64,000 nucleotides of DNA from Ostrea edulis (lineage: Eukaryota): contig NC_079168.1 in the NCBI RefSeq assembly GCF_947568905.1, positions 19,778,001 to 19,842,000 on the forward strand, written 5' to 3'. The notes beneath the pieces were generated by a model that ran no database searches, was not told the origin of the DNA, and saw only the letters and a list, made by a program, of their open reading frames with translations. This document shows, piece after piece, positions 59,451 to 64,000 of the stretch (its first letter is position 1; the number at the start of each line of letters is the position of its first letter). The translations under genes were made by a program, and so were the position numbers.

Positions 59451-60707
59451 AAAAAAAAAAAACCCATCAGAGAGGGCTACATTATTGCAGCTACTAATGC
59501 TAGTACAAGTGGTCAAACCATTAAGTATTGTTGTTAGTTTCTGTGGAAGTGGTAGTTTTCATTGATTTCCTAGAATTGTGTAGTTTTGACCAATGGACTA
59601 TACGTCAACACATCAGTTGAGATTATATGTATGTTTTATTTCTTGGTTTAAGGAGGTATACTACGGCGTCATAATGACTGACTTCCTTTTAAAACATGGA
59701 TGAAAACATAAATATCAACAATATTTGTCTATTCCTTTTGGATTTAATTGCCTAGCTGAGTAGCTCAATAGGGTAGTGCTTTGACTGCTAATTTGTAGAT
59801 TGTGGGTTCGAGTCTGGCATGATGTTCATTTTTTTCAGATTACTTTCTACTAAAACTGCATTTTTTGACTAAATAAATAAAGTACATTTGAAAGTTTTCA
59901 AAATATTGTTGTACATACCCTCTATTTTTCATCCATATCAAATTTCACTGCTGTAGTATTCCTCCTTGAGCAAGGATTGCTTAGAATACTAGAAACAAAA
60001 ATTGCTATTATGTTTATACGGCAACACTATATTATTGATCACATTATTTTTGAGAATTTGTTTTTGATGTGACCTTGTGAGTTTACCTTGACAGCAAAAT
60101 AAAGTTATCTTTCATGAAAATCCTCCATAGAGTACGGAGTAAATCCATTAAGGCATGGTAATTGAAATTAAGAATAGCGAAATGTGAGTAATGTGAGGTG
60201 TGTATGCTTCATTTTCACGTGAGACTAGCGAAATGTGAGTAATGTGAGGTGTGTATGCTTCATTTTCACGTGATTAATTTTATGTATGTTGTGATGTATT
60301 GTTTTATCTGTTCAGGTGAAAGAGAAGACTCTGGTGGAAGCCCTCACCCAGAAGCGAGCTACCGCGGGCGACGAGACAGTGGTGATGAACTATAGGATGC
60401 ATGATGTGAGAAACAATGAAGTTACAACAAACTGTGCTTACTTGTCAATTTCATGCCAACAGTTTATAATCTCTTAAATCATATTCATTGGTTTGAATTA
60501 TGATGCTAAATTTCACTAAAATTTGTATCAAAAATTGTATTTAGTATGATGTACATCATAGAAAAATAAATATTTTCTTTTATGATTTTAAAGGCAATAG
60601 CAACGCGTGATGCCATGGCCAAATGTCTATATGGAGCCCTGTTCGATTGGATTGTTCTGAAAGTGAACCAAGCTCTACTGGCCAAGAGACACAACAGTGA
60701 CCATCAG
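37986..60707 (+). CDS. MYO9: Unconventional class IX myosin (MYO9A/B-like), 5' part: RA domain and first part of the motor; gene continues beyond the window
   Basis: Exons 37986-38873, 48034-48128, 51315-51377, 51652-51751, 53272-53372, 53674-53728, 58512-58589, 60316-60405, 60594-60707; all GT-AG and phase-consistent. N-terminal Ras-association domain, P-loop GESGSGKT, switch [30 protein letters not shown]. Confidence 0.95.
45439..46436. mobile_element. (TA)n-inserted non-autonomous DNA transposon with subterminal GCGATGGT repeats
   Basis: ~46-bp imperfect TIR CTATATATATGTAGGACTCCAAAGTGCGATGGTCACTCCAAAG / its complement at 46391-46436. Confidence 0.7.
45749..45866. mobile_element. 118-bp palindromic MITE with TAG..CTA ends and 9-bp TSD (Academ-like), nested in the previous element
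   Basis: GTACCAACC|TAGTCC...GGACTA|GTACCAACC; arms of about 50 bp. Confidence 0.75.
48034..48128 (+). CDS. MYO9: Myosin IX coding exon 2
   Basis: [31 protein letters not shown]. Confidence 0.96.
48116..48177 (+). repeat. 31-bp tandem duplication containing the myosin exon-2 splice donor
   Basis: GAATGGTCCATGG|GTAAGGCTTAACATTTAG present twice, exact match. Confidence 0.95.
48178..48792 (+). mobile_element. AcademH-like non-autonomous DNA transposon (615 bp) with a RecQ-type helicase fragment
   Basis: TIRs TAGTCTAGGTCAC / GTGACCTAGGCTA; 9-bp TSD AACATTTAG (48169-48177, 48793-48801); internal ORF 48317-48625. Confidence 0.75.
48317..48625 (+). pseudogene. Truncated RecQ-like SF2 helicase N-terminus (transposon-borne)
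   Basis: Q-motif-like LKPLQKE, motif I LPAGYGKS, motif Ia [13 protein letters not shown]; stops before the DEAH motif. Confidence 0.8.
50128..50357 (+). repeat. 114-bp tandem duplication
   Basis: CTAAAGGTCTTC...CAGTCAAAATCMATGACCC at 50128 and 50242. Confidence 0.85.
50580..51285 (+). mobile_element. 5'-truncated HINE
   Basis: Internal GGGGTAGGGTTCTGACCCCAGGG repeats; 3' end GGTGAGCAATAAGGCCTGTGGGCCTCTTGTT, 29 nt before myosin exon 3. Confidence 0.7.
51315..51377 (+). CDS. MYO9: Myosin IX coding exon 3
   Basis: [20 protein letters not shown]. Confidence 0.96.
51652..51751 (+). CDS. MYO9: Myosin IX coding exon 4
   Basis: [33 protein letters not shown]. Confidence 0.96.
53272..53372 (+). 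CDS. MYO9: Myosin IX coding exon 5
   Basis: [33 protein letters not shown]. Confidence 0.94.
53674..53728 (+). CDS. MYO9: Myosin IX coding exon 6
   Basis: [18 protein letters not shown]. Confidence 0.94.
55037..58480. mobile_element. TTAA-targeting (Kolobok-like) non-autonomous element interrupted by a HINE
   Basis: TTAA|AGGACACATC at 55033 and GATGTGTCCT|CTAA at 58471-58484; inverted GTGACGTCATATG motifs near 55222 and 58290. Confidence 0.65.
55723..57678 (+). mobile_element. Complete HINE with 11 tandem palindrome-containing units (128-151 bp)
   Basis: 5' TTTTTAGCTCTTCTGAGCCGAAGGCTCAAAGAGCTAA hairpin; subterminal IR TCAGAAGAGC; 3' AGGCCCTTGGGCCTCTTGTT; core AAAAGTAGGTCAnnnTGACCTACTTTT in each unit. 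Confidence 0.88.
58512..58589 (+). CDS. MYO9: Myosin IX coding exon 7
   Basis: [26 protein letters not shown]. Confidence 0.88.
58640..59493. mobile_element. 854-bp non-autonomous DNA transposon with TAG..CTA ends (Academ-like)
   Basis: Perfect 21-bp TIR TAGCTGCAATAATGTAGCCCT; subterminal inverted block GGATCTCCGTAATGGTGCAAA; near-TSD CTAATTGCTA / CTAATGCTA. Confidence 0.7.
60175..60273 (+). repeat. 51-bp tandem duplication upstream of myosin exon 8
   Basis: TAGCGAAATGTGAGTAATGTGAGGTGTGTATGCTTCATTTTCACGTGA present twice. Confidence 0.9.
60316..60405 (+). CDS. MYO9: Myosin IX coding exon 8
   Basis: [30 protein letters not shown]. Confidence 0.93.
60594..60707 (+). CDS. MYO9: Myosin IX coding exon 9
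   Basis: [38 protein letters not shown]. Confidence 0.95.
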
Positions 60708-60719
60708 GTAATAGTCTAC

Positions 60720-60985
60720 CTCACACATGTGGGCGTCTGTCAGTCCCTCAGACATGTGGGTGTCTGTCAGTCCCTCAGACATGTGGGCGTCTGTCAGTCC
60801 CTCAGACATGTGGACGTCTGTCAGTCCCTCAGACATGTGGGTGTCTGTCAGTCCCTCAGACATGTGGGTGTCTGTCAGTCCCTCACACATGTGGGTGTCT
60901 GTCAGTCCCTCACACATGTGGGTGTCTGTCAGTCCCTCAGACATGTGGGTGTCTGTCAGTCCCTCAGACATGCTGGTGTCTGTCA
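60720..60985 (+). repeat. 27-bp minisatellite (~10 copies)
   Basis: (TCAGACATGTGGGTGTCTGTCAGTCCC)n starting 12 nt after the exon-9 donor. Confidence 0.97.
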
Positions 60986-63900
60986 ATTTGTAGATGGGGA
61001 CTCCAAATAAACCAATGCAAAAAAGCCCGTGAGACTCCATGTTTTTCCATGTAAATCTGTTAATATTTAATTTAGGAGAGTAATTTTGTATGTTTACTGG
61101 TAGTGATCATGGATCAGAATACTTTTTAGTATTTCTCGCAACTTCCTTGCACTAGCATTTTGATCAGATGGCCAGATTGCTGTGTTGTGTTTGAGATTGA
61201 TGTCTAAAATGTTGGTTAAACTCGTAATTTACAACACACATTTTCTAGCTGCAGAAATAAAACTTGGTTGCCACTTAGATATCAGGCATTGCAATTGATA
61301 TTTGACATTTATAGTGTTTGTTACTTAAGAAATATCTGCCCTACAAAGGATCAAGATAAAAAGATCAACTGTAACATATACACATATATGCCGATCAAAA
61401 GCTTGTATGTGTTGATAAAATTTTCCACTTGCAATATGTTATCCAAAACACTGTATTTAGTACATTTTAATATTGCCCCCCCCCCCCCCCCCCCAATAAA
61501 AAAACCCAACAAAACAATGAAATTTGATTGAAACATCCATTTAGCTCACAACTTTAAAATGAATCAGAAATATGTAGGTATACATTGGCTGTTGATGTAT
61601 ACAGTTTTAATTACATCACAAAATTATTCATTCTTGTAATTTCTTTAGAATACAAAGAAAAGTTCAAAAGTTTAGCCAAAATTTGTTTTGGGAATGATAC
61701 AGCACAGGATTTATTCTAACATATTTGACTGATAAAACCATTTTACATTTTATCAGTAAACAGTATATGAGAATGTCTGTGCTGGATGTTTCTAAATCCA
61801 AAAACTAAATTAATGTATACAACTATATTTCACTTCAAATTATAAATGATGTGAAATAAAGTGGTGTTTTTTGGTAGGAATGATAAACATCTATTGTAAT
61901 TACTATCTCGCATAGCACTTTTGCTATATAGAAATATGAAATCGCATGCAGGATTATTTACCACATACTTTGGCTTCATAAATTTTTGTGGTTATTATAT
62001 TTCTTGGATCTGTCAACAGATACAATTTTCCTTCTTAAGCAGAAAATGTACCCCATTGATCACTTGATTTTGTATTCTGGCACAACCATGAAGACAATGA
62101 AAATTCATATTCAGCGAAAAATGATGAAGCCAGTATTTTTAGAATTGACTTATTCATTTTACACATTGTATCATCAAATGATGTTGAAGATGCATGCACT
62201 TTATTTTTCCCAATCAAAATGAAATGATTTTATAACTAAATACTTGTAATGACATCATAATGAATTTTTACATTTTGGAAATCAGGTGGTGCACATATTC
62301 TTTGTTTTAAATCGCAATATTTTATTCCAGAGGCCAGAAAATCATCATCACACATAACTCTTGATCGTTGAAATAGTAATAGAGCAAATAACAATGGAAA
62401 ATACGAATAATTTCAAAGTTGTGTAACAAATGTTTGTTACATGTAAAGATGATGAAGTGTCAATTTTAGGATTTGATTGCTGTAAATATATGTTGTTGTT
62501 TTCTTCTGTTATGTCCATATATGGTTTTCTGATCCATGTCTTAAAACCAATACATGTATTATGAGTCAGGAACACTTCTAGTATACCGGTCCCCAATGGG
62601 GCAAAAATAAGTGCCACCAAAGGCAGTTTATTTTATATATATATATATAAGTCCAAATATGAATTCATTGTGTAAAATGAAGTTTAAAAATTATGTTTTT
62701 AAACGAAATAAAAACAGAATGCTAAAAATGTACAGTTTATATTCCAAACTAAATAGAATCCATTGTTGAGGAAATTGTCGCATGTGTGTGGTATTTTGTG
62801 AAATTCTCATGTGTTCAAATTGATTTGTCAGGGGCTGTTGCCCCCAAGCCTCTGCTTAATTACACTCAAACACTGCTGGGCATTCTAACTAGTTATATAT
62901 TACACAAAGCATTAACAAATTTCACTTCAACTTTTTTTTTGGTTTGTTTTACATCTATATAGTTTAACTCAAATGATCAGCTTGACATGTTGGGGGCTGT
63001 GCTTAATTACGCCCAAGTGCCACTGGGCTTTCTGATAATGTTTTTACATGAAACATCGGTGAGATTCACTTCTCAGCCTCTGAGTCGAAAATGCAAATGG
63101 CGATGTGTTTACATTCCACTCAGCAACAAGAAGGGAAATAACTGCTCACGCAGTCACGTGCTACTGGGGACTGGCATACTAGAAACTTGATCTAATTCCT
63201 TGATTTGATTGCTGTAAATATATGTTGTTGTTTTCTTCTGTTATGACCATATATGGTTTGCTGATCCATGTCTCAAAACCAATATTATAAGTCACTAATG
63301 CACTTAATTATTATGGAATGATTCATTTGATTTTAGTCTGTATCTGTATGTGTATTCTGAATATGAAAAATACAAGCAATCTCATGTATTGAAGCTCAAA
63401 TGAATACTGAAATAGTAAGTCAGATAAATTTCTAAGAACTTGTCATCACTTCAAGGTGTAGATGTACTGGAATAAGAAGAATAACTGGGGAACTTGATAA
63501 CTATGTTTTGGAAATGACGGAGGATATTAGCTTGTAGATTTTGTCGTATCGAGGAACAACACTAGGTACCATTTTATGAGATGGGAATATTTTACTCTCT
63601 TTTAATTGTTGTGCTTGCAAGGTGTAGTCAGATTTGTATACCTGTTTGGACAAATTAGAGTTAGTGAGATCATACATTTTATGTTCAGGATGTATTTTCT
63701 GTGGTAAGTTATGCATATTTTCTGTTCAAAAGTACATGTTTTGTAAAACTGCATGATGTTGCCAGAACCTAGTTGAAGAAAAAAAAAAGAAAGATTGGAG
63801 ATTTAAATGCATGTGATCTATAATGTGATTGACATTTAATGGTAGTGACTGTGTAATGCATTATGATGTTTTACTGACATAGACAGTGGATGTTGTGATC

Positions 63901-64000
63901 TGTACTTAAAATATCAGTCTGACCTAGTTCTGTATGATGTGTGTAGAAGTTCTAAGAGGAATGGCTGTGTTTGATTTAGAATGAAGTAGTTCATGATTTG

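Noticed and set aside
60675-61040. Independent proteins from ORFs 60675-61040 (-) and 60727-60993 (+)
   Set aside because: They are open only because the 27-bp unit has no stop in those frames.
62470-63285. Next myosin exon (expected ...IGVLDIFGFE) or a coding duplication
   Set aside because: The switch II motif was not found before the window end; the ~80-bp direct repeat at about 62470 and 63200 is non-coding.

Overview
AT-rich, intron-rich animal genomic DNA. The repeat families (166-bp Cg170-like satellite in Helentron-associated elements, TCAA-tailed SINEs, AcademH-like elements) point to a bivalve, probably an oyster (inference). I reconstructed three genes by hand from splice sites and protein similarity: (1) a complete class I HMG-CoA reductase (HMGCR, + strand, 20 coding exons, 4774-14021, 889 aa); (2) a complete CFAP161/C15orf26 ciliary gene (- strand, 7 coding exons, 22080-15926, 285 aa), convergent with HMGCR; (3) the first nine coding exons of a class IX myosin (+ strand, 37986-60707), which continues past the window. 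The rest is mostly nested non-autonomous transposons, SINEs and one truncated LINE. Most notable: a six-copy tandem array of the HMGCR exon-16 splice acceptor in which all five extra acceptors lead to a stop; natural loss of the HMGCR Insig/ubiquitin degron residues (YIYF to STYL, both K89 and K248 equivalents to R); an intronic element carrying 11 perfect AGGTCAnnnTGACCT palindromes; and an AcademH-like element with a RecQ-type helicase remnant next to a duplicated myosin splice donor. No database searches were run; family names and human comparisons come from recall.
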